Source: Arenicellales bacterium (lineage in GTDB: Bacteria > Pseudomonadota > Gammaproteobacteria > Arenicellales > JAJDZL01). Taken from it: a DNA stretch of 64,000 bases. This document shows positions 51,632 to 61,659 of the stretch, piece by piece. Numbering within the stretch: position 1 is the stretch's first letter; every line of letters begins with the position of its first letter. Position numbers and translations under genes: made by a program. The DNA lies in the NCBI GenBank assembly GCA_965116205.1, contig OZ220493.1:1547029-1611028 (forward strand). The letters run 5' to 3'. The notes under the pieces are model-generated. The model saw only the letters and a program-made list of their open reading frames with translations, had not been told where the DNA came from and did not search any database.

Positions 51632-54142
51632 TCACTGATCATGGAACAGCTCGGACTGCCGTAGTTTCGTTCTACTGCGACTGACTACCGACTGCATCAT
51701 CGCCAATAATTTTTCCAACTCCCGGTCATCGATCAAGGCGGATTTAAAATCTGGATTTCCCTCAATCAGTTCAGGTACTTCACTCCATGGACTGTTCAGA
51801 CGATTGCTGCAGACCATCTCATTCAGGAATCGATAAGTAGTACCTGGATTGACTTCGATTGGTAGTAACCAGTTGTCGGTTAAATTGACGATGCCTAGTT
51901 TTGCGAGAACCGCAAGAAAACTAAAGCTGCCACGACTGTCAATTCGATACCCCAGTACTTGATTCACATCTATCCAAGAAATGGTTGGATGCTCACCAAT
52001 GTATATGGCCAGCGCACAGATGTCTCGGATGGTCGGTAGAATTCGAGTCAGCGGCACCGGTGAGATTGGCAGGGCTAGGAGGCCTTCGTGAGAGATGCGC
52101 GCCCGCCAAGTTTCTTTTTCATCTTCTGAAGCCTGCCACTGGTCTGGATTGACAACGGTGAGTAACGAGGAGTAGGTACTACCGGTCGGTATTTTGGAAC
52201 TCCATTGACACCATTGATGCTCAATCACCGGATGCCACAATGGGTAGGTAATACGGCTCTGTGAGAGCTTGGCATAGATGAAGTATTTAATTTGCATCTC
52301 GCTGGCCAAAGCCGATCGCATGGTCAATTTGCTAGGTTCGTCTAGCATCGGCAGAGTACCGACTATGCCGGGTGCCATACGAATGAAGTAATGGCTGGAT
52401 TTGAGGACCGGAAAGACGCTGTTTGCTGACCACCTGTCCCCAAACCGACGCATGAATTCAGTACGAATTTCCAACAATGGTGCCGGTCCAATCTCATCGA
52501 CCAGATTCGCGATTTCGGCATGCACGGTACCGGGATTAAATTCCTTGTAGTCCGTTAGGCGGAGCGCGGCCACATTGTTGCTGGGTATTTTTTTCGGGAC
52601 TACGCACACCCGCGTGATGGATGCAAAGACGTTGTCATGTAACGGTAAAAACTGATTGGGATATTCGTACAGGCTATTTTTTATATCGCGCATTGAACAG
52701 GTGGTTTGGGGGAAGTGGTGACGGTAGGTGGAACAGATATCACTGAAAGTCACCGGCCCGCCTCCCAAATGGTCAGCGATGGTTTGCACTAGTTCAATGG
52801 CACGCCGTTTGCGGGGCGAGAGTTGTCCTCGGTGCAGGTAATCGTTCCAGATGCCATGACTTTTTCTACTACTCGTGTAGTGAGCCAGAGACCTGACCGG
52901 CACCCCGAAATTGGTTGCGGCTACATCCAGATGGATTGGCAAAGGTAAATCTTCAATAGATTTTTCAATGGTTTCAAAATTTTGCGCCAATTCGATACAG
53001 TCAGTATCTGCTTGAAGGTACAAGTTATCGAAACGGGTAAAGTGCTGTTGCGCGTAATGTGTCGGCGAATGATACAGGCACTGGATGGCCACTCTGATGG
53101 TGGGGTCGAGTTGAACGATATTTCTTTTCAGATCAGTTTGTCTGATACTGCCAGTTGGACCGAGCAATTGGCGTTCGATGACCTTGCGATGGTAATGGAG
53201 CAGAATTTTCAAATAGTTGCGTTGTGGCAACTGAGTCAGTGTATGGATGGCTTTCGTTTCAATCTGATGTACGAACTTGCGCGTCAGATTCAACTGCTGT
53301 GCGATTTTTTTCAGAGATGCTTTTGCTACGGATGGTGTGCCCCAACGTCTGAACAGAATATCTGCTGCCAGATGGGGAATAGTATTGCCAATCATCCGTT
53401 TAACCATATTCTCGGGGCTGAGAATTTCAACATGCCGTTGATTAGCGGGAGCATCCCAAAAATCCAGTACGACTTGCAAAGTGGCTAGGTCAGTCGGGTT
53501 ACTATCCAATTGAATATAGGGTTCGATACATTGCTTGATTTGCTGAACGGTGAGGTTTTGCAGGTTTTTCAGCTGCATAGACAGGAGTTCTGTAGGCCAA
53601 GGCAGATTGAGTGCCTGTGCGGTAAGCCAGATGTACTGCTCATCTAACGTCGAGTGCCGGTTAATCTGTTGGACAATTTCACTCCATGAGGGAACTTCTG
53701 ATGGGTTGGGCGCATAGAGTTCATGCGGCAGGAGTTGATTGGGTGTGGTGTCCGGGAGTTGCGTCAGTCGCTGGCCCAGCAACTGGTCCAATTCGAAGAC
53801 GACGCCACCCGTGAAGCGGGGAATGCCACAATATGTTTTGAATGCTCGGTCCCGGTGATGAACATAATCTCGTAACGTACGATGTGGAAGCAGACCCTGC
53901 TCATTAGCGTTGACTACAGCATTCTTGAGTCGGTTTGATACCTCACTGTTCACAATGAACTGCACCAATGACTCGTTCATCGGGTCGACATCAAAATACT
54001 CAGTTTCGTCGGAGTGGTGAGCTGCCGCTTCGTTTACCGATTCACGCTCTGTGAAAGATGATTGCGACTTTCTACTGGTTATGAGAAATAGTTTTTTTAA
54101 CAGGGTCGACAATCGATTGCTAATGTTCATATGAAAAATCAA
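51632..54142 (-). CDS. Large protein with RNAP alpha-CTD-like and sigma-70 region 4-like HTH domains
   Basis: EVSNRLKNAV...TLRDYV...IPRFTGGVVFELDQLL (alphaCTD-like) and DILFRRWG...SLKKIAQQLNLTRKFVHQIETKAI (sigma4-like). Confidence 0.6.
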   Translation of the reverse strand: MIFHMNISNRLSTLLKKLFLITSRKSQSSFTERESVNEAAAHHSDETEYFDVDPMNESLVQFIVNSEVSNRLKNAVVNANEQGLLPHRTLRDYVHHRDRAFKTYCGIPRFTGGVVFELDQLLGQRLTQLPDTTPNQLLPHELYAPNPSEVPSWSEIVQQINRHSTLDEQYIWLTAQALNLPWPTELLSMQLKNLQNLTVQQIKQCIEPYIQLDSNPTDLATLQVVLDFWDAPANQRHVEILSPENMVKRMIGNTIPHLAADILFRRWGTPSVAKASLKKIAQQLNLTRKFVHQIETKAIHTLTQLPQRNYLKILLHYHRKVIERQLLGPTGSIRQTDLKRNIVQLDPTIRVAIQCLYHSPTHYAQQHFTRFDNLYLQADTDCIELAQNFETIEKSIEDLPLPIHLDVAATNFGVPVRSLAHYTSSRKSHGIWNDYLHRGQLSPRKRRAIELVQTIADHLGGGPVTFSDICSTYRHHFPQTTCSMRDIKNSLYEYPNQFLPLHDNVFASITRVCVVPKKIPSNNVAALRLTDYKEFNPGTVHAEIANLVDEIGPAPLLEIRTEFMRRFGDRWSANSVFPVLKSSHYFIRMAPGIVGTLPMLDEPSKLTMRSALASEMQIKYFIYAKLSQSRITYPLWHPVIEHQWCQWSSKIPTGSTYSSLLTVVNPDQWQASEDEKETWRARISHEGLLALPISPVPLTRILPTIRDICALAIYIGEHPTISWIDVNQVLGYRIDSRGSFSFLAVLAKLGIVNLTDNWLLPIEVNPGTTYRFLNEMVCSNRLNSPWSEVPELIEGNPDFKSALIDDRELEKLLAMMQSVVSRSRTKLRQSELFHDQ

Positions 54143-54300
54143 TGCGCTTAGGAACAGTTTTGCATTGTGTATGATTCAACATTGTCCATAGTTCTGCGAT
54201 TAGGTTGAACTGTGTATGCTTCAATGGCAATGTTTTGGAACTGCGGGAGGCTCGGTCGACGTAGATATGTCGAGTACAACGAGACGGTGATTTCAGTTCA

Positions 54301-55917
54301 TCAACACACATGGTCGCGTATTTCAAGTAAGGTCGGTCGAGTCCCTGCAACCCCCTGTTCAATCAACGCCGGTAGTTTTTCAATATCGTCCACCCGGGTC
54401 GCATGACAACCGAATCCTCGGGCGACGGCGATGAAGTCCGGCATGGTCAGGTCAACGCCAATCGGTGGAATGTTAAGACGCTTGAATTGGTCTCGAATCT
54501 CTGCATAACCATTGTTGTGCCACAGTACGATGACGATCGGCAACTGATGTTCAACTGCGGTGGCAAGTTCCTGAATAGTAAACATCAGACCGCCATCGCC
54601 AATAACACAAACGACCGGGCAGCTCGGCTGACCCAGTTTTGCACCAATGGCGGCCGGCAAGGCATAACCTAGGGTACCGTAACCGGTGGTTGAGGTGAGA
54701 TAGGTGCGCGGCAGACGAGCTGGATAAACATAGTTTCCACTGTAAACCAACTGTGTTGAGTCGGCCGTTACAATGCCATGGTCAGGTAGTGCCTGGCGAA
54801 TTCTATTCCAGATTTCGATGTGCGCTGCAGTCTGCTCGTACCAGTGGTACCGGGTGTCGGCGATTAAGTTTTTGACCATGCGGATGTTGTCTGCCTGGTT
54901 GTTCGCTGAAGGTGACGCCATCGCGTTAAGCAATTTCACTAGTTCAGCTAATGCGTGCTGCGCATTACCGACAATACCAATATCGGGAAGCGCGTTCTGA
55001 TAGAGTTGCGTAGCATCGATATCAATGCGAATCAGTTGACCGTTGAAAGTGATATCTCCACCCTGACTCCAGATGTCTGTTTCTGACAGATGTGTACCAA
55101 TCGCGAGCACGACGTCCGCGTTTTTGACAAAATCCAGTACCGGTGGATGCAGCAGATTGGCGCCGAGACTCAACGGATGATCTTCTGATATCACTCCTTT
55201 GCCGGCAAAGGTGGTGACCACCGGGGCCTTGATGGTCGAGATCAGTTCAGTGGCCTGCATCGCCGCATCTTTACACCCACCACCGAGAATGATGACCGGG
55301 TTCTTGGCACCGGCTAGCTGTTCAGCTGCTTTGACCAGCAGCGTGTGCGTCGCACCGGGCGCGTGTAAAGTACCGGTGGGTATGGGCTGCCAATCAACCG
55401 GCTGAGATAGCCGGTCGATGGGAATTTCTACATGCACTGGCTGTGGCCGTTGGGTATTGAAGACTGCATAAGCCTGAGCAATGACTTCCGGGATCGCATC
55501 GACGGACAGAATAGTCTGACTGAAAGCTGTGAAGTGGGCAGTGAGTTGGCTCTGGGTATGAATTTCGTGCAAATCACCTTGTCCGAGATTCAAACTCGCT
55601 GTTTTGTTGACACTTGAGATGGCCAGCACTGGAATTGAATCGGCATAGGATTGCGCTAGTGCGGTCGCGGCATTCGTGAGTCCCGGCCCGGTGATCAGAC
55701 AACACACACCAATGTTGCCGGTGGCTCGCGCATAACCGTCGGCCATGAAACCGGCGGCCTGTTCGTGCCGAGGGGTAATGTGTCGGATGTTTGACTCAGC
55801 GATGCCGCGGTAAAGTTCGAGTGTGTGCACCCCTGGAATGCCGAATACGAAGTCCGTACCGTAGTTTTTCAGCAGTTGCATGAGTCCGACGCCACAGGTT
55901 CGGGTCTGACGGGGCAT
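54301..55917 (-). CDS. ThDP-dependent decarboxylase, 5-guanidino-2-oxopentanoate decarboxylase (AruI)-like
   Basis: VFGIPGVHTLELYRG, RHEQ.AGFMADGYARATG, GYGTLGYALPAAIGA and GDGG...WHN. The ATG at 55917 has SD AAGGAG. Confidence 0.85.
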   Translation of the reverse strand: MPRQTRTCGVGLMQLLKNYGTDFVFGIPGVHTLELYRGIAESNIRHITPRHEQAAGFMADGYARATGNIGVCCLITGPGLTNAATALAQSYADSIPVLAISSVNKTASLNLGQGDLHEIHTQSQLTAHFTAFSQTILSVDAIPEVIAQAYAVFNTQRPQPVHVEIPIDRLSQPVDWQPIPTGTLHAPGATHTLLVKAAEQLAGAKNPVIILGGGCKDAAMQATELISTIKAPVVTTFAGKGVISEDHPLSLGANLLHPPVLDFVKNADVVLAIGTHLSETDIWSQGGDITFNGQLIRIDIDATQLYQNALPDIGIVGNAQHALAELVKLLNAMASPSANNQADNIRMVKNLIADTRYHWYEQTAAHIEIWNRIRQALPDHGIVTADSTQLVYSGNYVYPARLPRTYLTSTTGYGTLGYALPAAIGAKLGQPSCPVVCVIGDGGLMFTIQELATAVEHQLPIVIVLWHNNGYAEIRDQFKRLNIPPIGVDLTMPDFIAVARGFGCHATRVDDIEKLPALIEQGVAGTRPTLLEIRDHVC

Positions 55918-55921
55918 CTCG

Positions 55922-57145
55922 TCAACTCCTTTCAGCGGAAGGGCGGAAGAGCAGTTTGATGGACGACGGTTTGACAACGGTGAATATGGAAAGTATCGCA
56001 ATCACACCCGCCCCCCAGAAGATGGAATAGGGATCGCCGAGGTCCAATAGCAGGCCAAAGAGTGGCGGTCCAAAAATGCCTCCGGCATTGAAACCCGTAG
56101 TAATCGTACCAAAGACCTTCCCCATATCCTTGGCCGGTGCCAAGTTAGAAATGATGACATCTCGAGACGGTGCGATGAAGCCATAGAAAACGCCGGCTAC
56201 CACCATCGGAATGACCAGTAAGGGCAGAGACATGGGCACCCAAGTGATGAAGAACATGCACAGGGTAACGGCAATGAAACAGTTAACCACGACCCACTCG
56301 TGGTTTTTCCATCGGTGCGCCATAAAACCGGCCCAGAGAATTCCGACGGCGTCGGCAGCCAGAAACAACCAAATGACGATGCCGGCCTGTCCCAATGACG
56401 CATCGTAAATTTGCGTCAGCGCAGCGACGGAGAAATCATAAAGTCCAGTACTGCTCATCGCATAGCCGAGAAAGAACAGCCAACCCAGCAGAATGGGCGC
56501 GCTCATCAGCAGTTTGACACTGCCGGTGCGTTTTTGCGCGACATCTTGAACCGCTTCAGCCTCTGGCAATTGCATGCCGCGAAAGCCGAGGTACAGCCCG
56601 GCGAAAATGACGACCCCCATGCCGCCACACAACATCAGAGCGAACCCCCAGTTCAGGCCGGCGGTAATCATGACAATGATGATCGGTGCAGTAACTGAAC
56701 CGGCCTGTCCGCAGAATGTATGAATGGAAAATGCCTTACCGAGCCGTTCGCGGCGGATTGAGCGGGTGAGTATGGAGTAGTCACATGGGTGATAGACGGC
56801 ATTTGCGACACCCGCCGCAGCCATCAATATGAGGTATCCGGAATAGGTTGAAAACACACCGAACAGCGCCAGTACTGCTGATTCCACCAGCACGCCGGCC
56901 ATTAAAATCCCTCGCGCTCCAAATCGGTCGACGACAAACCCGATGGGCGCCTGACAGATCATCGTCGCAATGCTGAATACCGCGTAGCCGATGCCTAGCT
57001 GGGCATAGCTTACGCCGTAGGCGTCGTAGAGAATCGGAAACAGCAGTGGCAGCAGGAGAAAATAGAAATGCGAAAAAAAATGTGCGGCGCCGACTAAGCC
57101 GACAATCTTTCGCTCCAGTGAATTCATGCGCGTTAGAGCGTTCAT
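55922..57145 (-). CDS. MFS transporter
   Basis: About 12 hydrophobic segments, motif A G..VDRFGAR, and AHF.SHF and YHP motifs. Confidence 0.92.
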   Translation of the reverse strand: MNALTRMNSLERKIVGLVGAAHFFSHFYFLLLPLLFPILYDAYGVSYAQLGIGYAVFSIATMICQAPIGFVVDRFGARGILMAGVLVESAVLALFGVFSTYSGYLILMAAAGVANAVYHPCDYSILTRSIRRERLGKAFSIHTFCGQAGSVTAPIIIVMITAGLNWGFALMLCGGMGVVIFAGLYLGFRGMQLPEAEAVQDVAQKRTGSVKLLMSAPILLGWLFFLGYAMSSTGLYDFSVAALTQIYDASLGQAGIVIWLFLAADAVGILWAGFMAHRWKNHEWVVVNCFIAVTLCMFFITWVPMSLPLLVIPMVVAGVFYGFIAPSRDVIISNLAPAKDMGKVFGTITTGFNAGGIFGPPLFGLLLDLGDPYSIFWGAGVIAILSIFTVVKPSSIKLLFRPSAERS

Positions 57146-57432
57146 AGCTCACTGAACAGTTTGGCGAAGCAGTGGGCGAACCGGCCCCATTGCAGGGGCG
57201 GCAGGTTGCCGATTGGGCAGAGGTGAGTTGGGTTGCTGGTGATCATTCAGTACTCATTACCGGGGGTTTACTGCATGGAAAACTACAATTTGCTTGAGTC
57301 AGTATTCTATTCTATTGCAATGGTTCACAAAGTCAACGGTGGTCAAGACTAGTGTCACGGCATGCTAGAGTGGTACTGCGTTACCACCACCCTGATTACC
57401 AGCTCGGCCGATTCGACTATTATTCAATCGAT

Positions 57433-58461
57433 TCAACGAACGTGGATTTCCAGAATGTCCAAGTCATTCAACACGTGGTCGGGCCCAACCTGTTGGCCGG
57501 CAAACACATTTTTTCCCCAGATGCGGGCAAACTTGAACGTTGTCGCAAAATCTTTGTGAATCTGTCGAGCGACATCAGAAACTTTACCACCGGTTTTCAG
57601 TGTGAAGGGTTTATCGGTATCCGCCGGTTTACCCGGAATTTTGGTGTATACCCGCACGACCTGTAGCTGATTGAATATTATTTGTGGAAAAATTTCCAAG
57701 TTGGTGCCGGTCAGCGCCGATACACCGAAGGTGGGAAAACTATGCGGCAACAGTTCGTTCAAGGCATGCAGTTCGTCGGGTGAGTTGGTCAAATCAATCT
57801 TGTTGACGACGAGAATGGTGGGTAATGTGATGCGAAATGGATCAAAAGTTGGATCTTCCGCTACTTTAGGCTGCTCATTCGCTGCGATCGTGAATTGGTC
57901 GGTCAGACTGACTTTGCGCTGGTCTAATTGCATGATCACCTGCTCAATGTGCTCAATACATTCGGGGTTGGTGATGTCAATCACCAAAAGGGCGGCGTCG
58001 GCGGTCTGCAAAGCGTTGATGACCCACGGTTCAAAATAGTCGTGAGAGATGGGTGGCAGATCAATTAACTGAAAGTGAATATCCTCAAAGGGCATCATTC
58101 CCGGTAACAGAGTCTGGGTGGTAAACGGATAGGGGCCGATTTCAGCACGCGCGCCGGTTAACCGGTGGTGGAGCAGGGATTTGCCAGCATTGGGGGTCCC
58201 GAGCAGCGCCAGTTGCGCCGCGCCTTCGGGTCGTACGGAGTGTGCCGGCCCGGTACGGGCACCGCCTTTGCGCGGCCCGGCCATTTCTTCGGTCAGCATT
58301 TTCATGCGCGTTTTGATGTCCCGCTGCAGATGTTCCGTCCCTTTGTGCTTCGGTATGGTCCGCAGCATGTCTTTCAGGCACTGCAGTTTGTCGGGCAATT
58401 CACGTGCGTTCCGGTAGGCCTGCTCGGCTTTCTTGTATTCGGCGGTTACATTGGTGGGCAT
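57433..58461 (-). CDS. DRG-like OBG-family GTPase with C-terminal TGS domain
   Basis: PKHKGTEHL, GTPNAGKS, YPFTT, DLPP, NKID, RVYTK.PG and ARIWG...GQ.VG.DH.L.D.D. The ATG at 58461 was chosen. Confidence 0.88.
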   Translation of the reverse strand: MPTNVTAEYKKAEQAYRNARELPDKLQCLKDMLRTIPKHKGTEHLQRDIKTRMKMLTEEMAGPRKGGARTGPAHSVRPEGAAQLALLGTPNAGKSLLHHRLTGARAEIGPYPFTTQTLLPGMMPFEDIHFQLIDLPPISHDYFEPWVINALQTADAALLVIDITNPECIEHIEQVIMQLDQRKVSLTDQFTIAANEQPKVAEDPTFDPFRITLPTILVVNKIDLTNSPDELHALNELLPHSFPTFGVSALTGTNLEIFPQIIFNQLQVVRVYTKIPGKPADTDKPFTLKTGGKVSDVARQIHKDFATTFKFARIWGKNVFAGQQVGPDHVLNDLDILEIHVR

Positions 58462-58548
58462 GGAATGCTGATCGGGTCGTTTGGATTGGACTTTTATAAT
58501 ATTATCCTTCGGTTGGTAAAATGACAAATTTGTCGGGAGATCAGAATA

Positions 58549-59241
58549 TTGAGTGACAAGGTTTTTTTGATTACTGGCGCATCAAGTGGTATTGGTGCGG
58601 CGACGGCGCGCGCAGCTGCTGGTCGCGGTTATCGGTTAGTGCTCGCCGCGCGGCGGATTGATCAGCTGATGACACTGCGGGAAGAGTTGGGTGGTCCGGC
58701 GCATGCTTTGGCGGTGCAGTGCGATGTCACGCAATGGGCAGCGCAGCAGGAAATGGTTGGCCAGGCAATTGACCACTTTGGTCGGATTGATGTGGTGTTG
58801 GCCAATGCTGGCATTTACTACCGGGAAGGTGGCTTTGCTGATGGCAATCCGGAACGTTGGTACGAGATGATTCTCACGAATGTGTATGGCGCCGGGTTGA
58901 CGATCCGGGCAACCTTGGCAGCCCTGAAAAAAAGTAAAGGACACATTTTATTGTTGGGCTCGGCGGCGGGCCGCCGACCGATAGCCGGTTCCATGTATGG
59001 TGCAACCAAATGGGCGGTTACGGGAATGGGTTACAATCTCCGGGAGGAACTCCGGGGTACCGGAATTCGCGTGACTAATGTCGAACCGGGGGTAACCAAT
59101 ACCGAAATATTCGGTGGTGAGATTCGAGACAACGCCATGGAACGGGAGGATGTTGCCGACGCCATCTTGTTTGCAGTTGATCAACATCCACGCGTTGATT
59201 TACATGAAATTTTGATGTATCCGACACCGCCGGCAGAATGA
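58549..59241 (+). CDS. Short-chain dehydrogenase/reductase
   Basis: ITGASSGIG, NAG, YGATK and EPG. Confidence 0.93.
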   Translation: MSDKVFLITGASSGIGAATARAAAGRGYRLVLAARRIDQLMTLREELGGPAHALAVQCDVTQWAAQQEMVGQAIDHFGRIDVVLANAGIYYREGGFADGNPERWYEMILTNVYGAGLTIRATLAALKKSKGHILLLGSAAGRRPIAGSMYGATKWAVTGMGYNLREELRGTGIRVTNVEPGVTNTEIFGGEIRDNAMEREDVADAILFAVDQHPRVDLHEILMYPTPPAE

Positions 59242-59630
59242 ATTCGCTCCGTAGTCAGTTTTTTGAGAATGGAATGTTGATGGGGGAGTTGAAGCATGCG
59301 ATTGTATTTTGGCGTTTGATGAGACAACATGGAAAATGGCACGACTCCCCTGCCCCTTTTTTCTGGGTTGCTTGGAAATAACCTAAAAATATCGAAAAAA
59401 TTTCACCGCTGGTTGCCAGCAGTTTAGAGTCGCCTATACCACTTTTTGACCATGGTCAATTGGCAATGAATTTGTTGCCATGGCAAATTCGTAATACGCT
59501 TGAAAAAGGGAGATGGTAGAGTTCAAACTGTGTTCTGTGTTGCCCTAGGGGGAGGAGGTCATCAAGAAAGTGTCGAAGTGATACAATAAGTTGCAGATCA
59601 TCAAAACCGATCAATTTATATTCTAAAGTC

Positions 59631-60092
59631 ATGCCTATCTCCGCTTTCGCCGCCGCCAAGCATATTGGCAAAATGTCAGATTGGTCAAAGTCCAATCTTG
59701 AAATTCAAAAAATTCTTTATATCGCCCACATGCTACATTTGGGGAATTGGCAAAAGCGATTAGTTCAAGAACATTTTCAAGCTTGGGATTTAGGACCGGT
59801 GATTCCGGTGCTGTATCATAAGGCAAAAATTTTTGGCGCTGACCCGGTCAAAAACATTTTTCGGAGTGTGTCGGACTTGGATGGCAGCCAACCAGAAGCT
59901 AAAACACTGCACTCGACTTTTAATATCGTCTGTGGTCATACCGGTGGACAGTTAGTGGCCATTACTCATTGCAAGTATGGCGCATGGTATAAGAATTATC
60001 AGCCTGGTGCCCTGCATGTTGTCATTCCGAATGAAGATATCATTGAAGAATTTAAAGAGCGGCAGAGACGCTATACAGGTAACAACCGGTGA
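59631..60092 (+). CDS. Panacea (DUF4065/SocA/GepA) antitoxin-domain protein
   Basis: SNLEIQKILYIAH, F.AW..GPV.P.LY, QLV.ITH...GAW and I.NE.I. Confidence 0.85.
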   Translation: MPISAFAAAKHIGKMSDWSKSNLEIQKILYIAHMLHLGNWQKRLVQEHFQAWDLGPVIPVLYHKAKIFGADPVKNIFRSVSDLDGSQPEAKTLHSTFNIVCGHTGGQLVAITHCKYGAWYKNYQPGALHVVIPNEDIIEEFKERQRRYTGNNR

Positions 60093-60442
60093 CTGACGAC
60101 GCACTAAATAATAAGCCGAGTGATCAACCGGAAGCTGACGTAACGTTACTTTCATACAACGAAAATAAAGAGGGGAATCAAGTTGAAATACTGTTGAGCT
60201 CACTTGAAAGAGAGAAAGACAATCGGAAAGAAGAAAGATTTCTCTGGATCCTGATATCGGTCATTTTGCTGAATATTACTTTTTTCACAGCAATGGAATC
60301 AATCGTTGGACCGATCGTCATCAGTCTTTTTCAGTTGATTGCTTTTGTTATCCTCGCTCGAAAGATGGGTCAGGATGAGATTGTACAGATCATCGACAGA
60401 TTGGTAAGTTCAGTAGCAATCGCTGCCAAACGAGCCGATTAA
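60089..60442 (+). CDS. Small two-TM membrane protein, candidate PanT toxin
   Basis: GTGA overlap with the panA stop. EKD.RKEERFLW is followed by two hydrophobic helices. Confidence 0.6.
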   Translation: MTDDALNNKPSDQPEADVTLLSYNENKEGNQVEILLSSLEREKDNRKEERFLWILISVILLNITFFTAMESIVGPIVISLFQLIAFVILARKMGQDEIVQIIDRLVSSVAIAAKRAD

Positions 60443-60622
60443 TTCCACTTTCGTAAAAACTTCTCTGATCCAGATTCCAACCCTCTATCGCCGACTGGAT
60501 AGCCACGATATAATTGCCATCTTTAACCGACCGGTGTTCGTTTGGTGCTCGTTTTATCACGTCCTATCATTCCTTGACAGACTCAACTCCGCCGGATGAT
60601 TTTGATTAGAGGTTGTTTTGCT

Positions 60623-60787
60623 ATGCCGCCATGTCCTGTTTGTGATTCTGAAATTGCGCTGGAAGATGATACCATCGTCAGTGAACTGATTGAGTGCGGG
60701 AACTGTGGCGTCGAGCTTGAAGTTACCGATCTCCAGCCGCCAACATTGGAAGTTGCGCCGGATATGGATGAAGACTGGGGGCAGTAA
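60623..60787 (+). CDS. lysW: Amino-group carrier protein LysW (C-terminal EDWGQ variant)
   Basis: 54 aa and acidic, with Zn ribbon CPVC...[10 protein letters not shown] and C-terminus EDWGQ (codon CAG then TAA). SD AGAGG. Confidence 0.93.
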   Translation: MPPCPVCDSEIALEDDTIVSELIECGNCGVELEVTDLQPPTLEVAPDMDEDWGQ

Positions 60788-60813
60788 ATGCATCGGCTCA
60801 CGGTTCGTTTTCT

Positions 60814-61650
60814 GTGAACATCGGTTTTCTGTACTCGTTAATTCGCCTTGAGGAGAAATGGCTGCTCAAGGAGTTTCGCAGTCGAGCGAATATCAACGTT
60901 ACACTGCTGGACGACAGAGCACTTATTTTTGACTTGGAAAATGTCCCGTCGGTGGATGTTGCATTTGAACGCTGTGTCAGCCACTCCCGCACACTGTACA
61001 GTCTGCAGTTCCTGGAACAGGCGGGTGTACCCTGCATCAATCGCGCTGCAGTGGCTAAAGTTTGCGGTGACAAGATTGAAACGTCCATTGCGCTGGCTGA
61101 ATATGGTATTCCACAACCTCAACTGCGGGTGGCTTATAGTAAGGATGCGGCACTCAAAGCCATCGACGAACTCGGTTATCCGGTGGTCCTCAAACCGGTG
61201 GTCGGTTCTTGGGGTCGACTGCTGTCCAAAGTGAATGATCGCGCGGCGGCTGAAGCACTGTTGGAACATAAACAACTGTTGGGTTCCTATCAGCACTCCA
61301 TCTTCTATATTCAGGAATACATTGAAAAACAAGGCCGTGACATTCGCACTTTCGTGGTCGGCGACGAATGCATCGCCGGCATTTACCGGAAATCTACCCA
61401 TTGGATTACCAATACGGCACGCGGCGCAGTAGCGGTCAATTGTCCAATCACCAACGACATCGCTGAACTGTCACTGGCTTCAGCAGCGGCAGTCGGCGGC
61501 GGAATACTGGCGATAGACCTATTCGAAACTCCGCGCGGGCTTTTGGTTAACGAAGTCAATTACACCATGGAATTTCGTAATAGTGTTGCCCCCACCGGCG
61601 TCGACATTCCAGCAAAAATGGTTGATTTTGTTGTGCATCAATATTCGTAG
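60814..61650 (+). CDS. lysX: LysW-amino acid ligase LysX (RimK-type ATP-grasp)
   Basis: [42 protein letters not shown] and [10 protein letters not shown]. Confidence 0.93.
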   Translation: MNIGFLYSLIRLEEKWLLKEFRSRANINVTLLDDRALIFDLENVPSVDVAFERCVSHSRTLYSLQFLEQAGVPCINRAAVAKVCGDKIETSIALAEYGIPQPQLRVAYSKDAALKAIDELGYPVVLKPVVGSWGRLLSKVNDRAAAEALLEHKQLLGSYQHSIFYIQEYIEKQGRDIRTFVVGDECIAGIYRKSTHWITNTARGAVAVNCPITNDIAELSLASAAAVGGGILAIDLFETPRGLLVNEVNYTMEFRNSVAPTGVDIPAKMVDFVVHQYS

Positions 61651-61659
61651 AGCAGCGCA

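Noticed and set aside
60443..60622. Lysine riboswitch or leader peptide upstream of lysW
   Set aside because: The region after the TATAAT at 60509-60514 is too short and lacks L-box consensus. No Lys- or Arg-rich leader ORF was seen.
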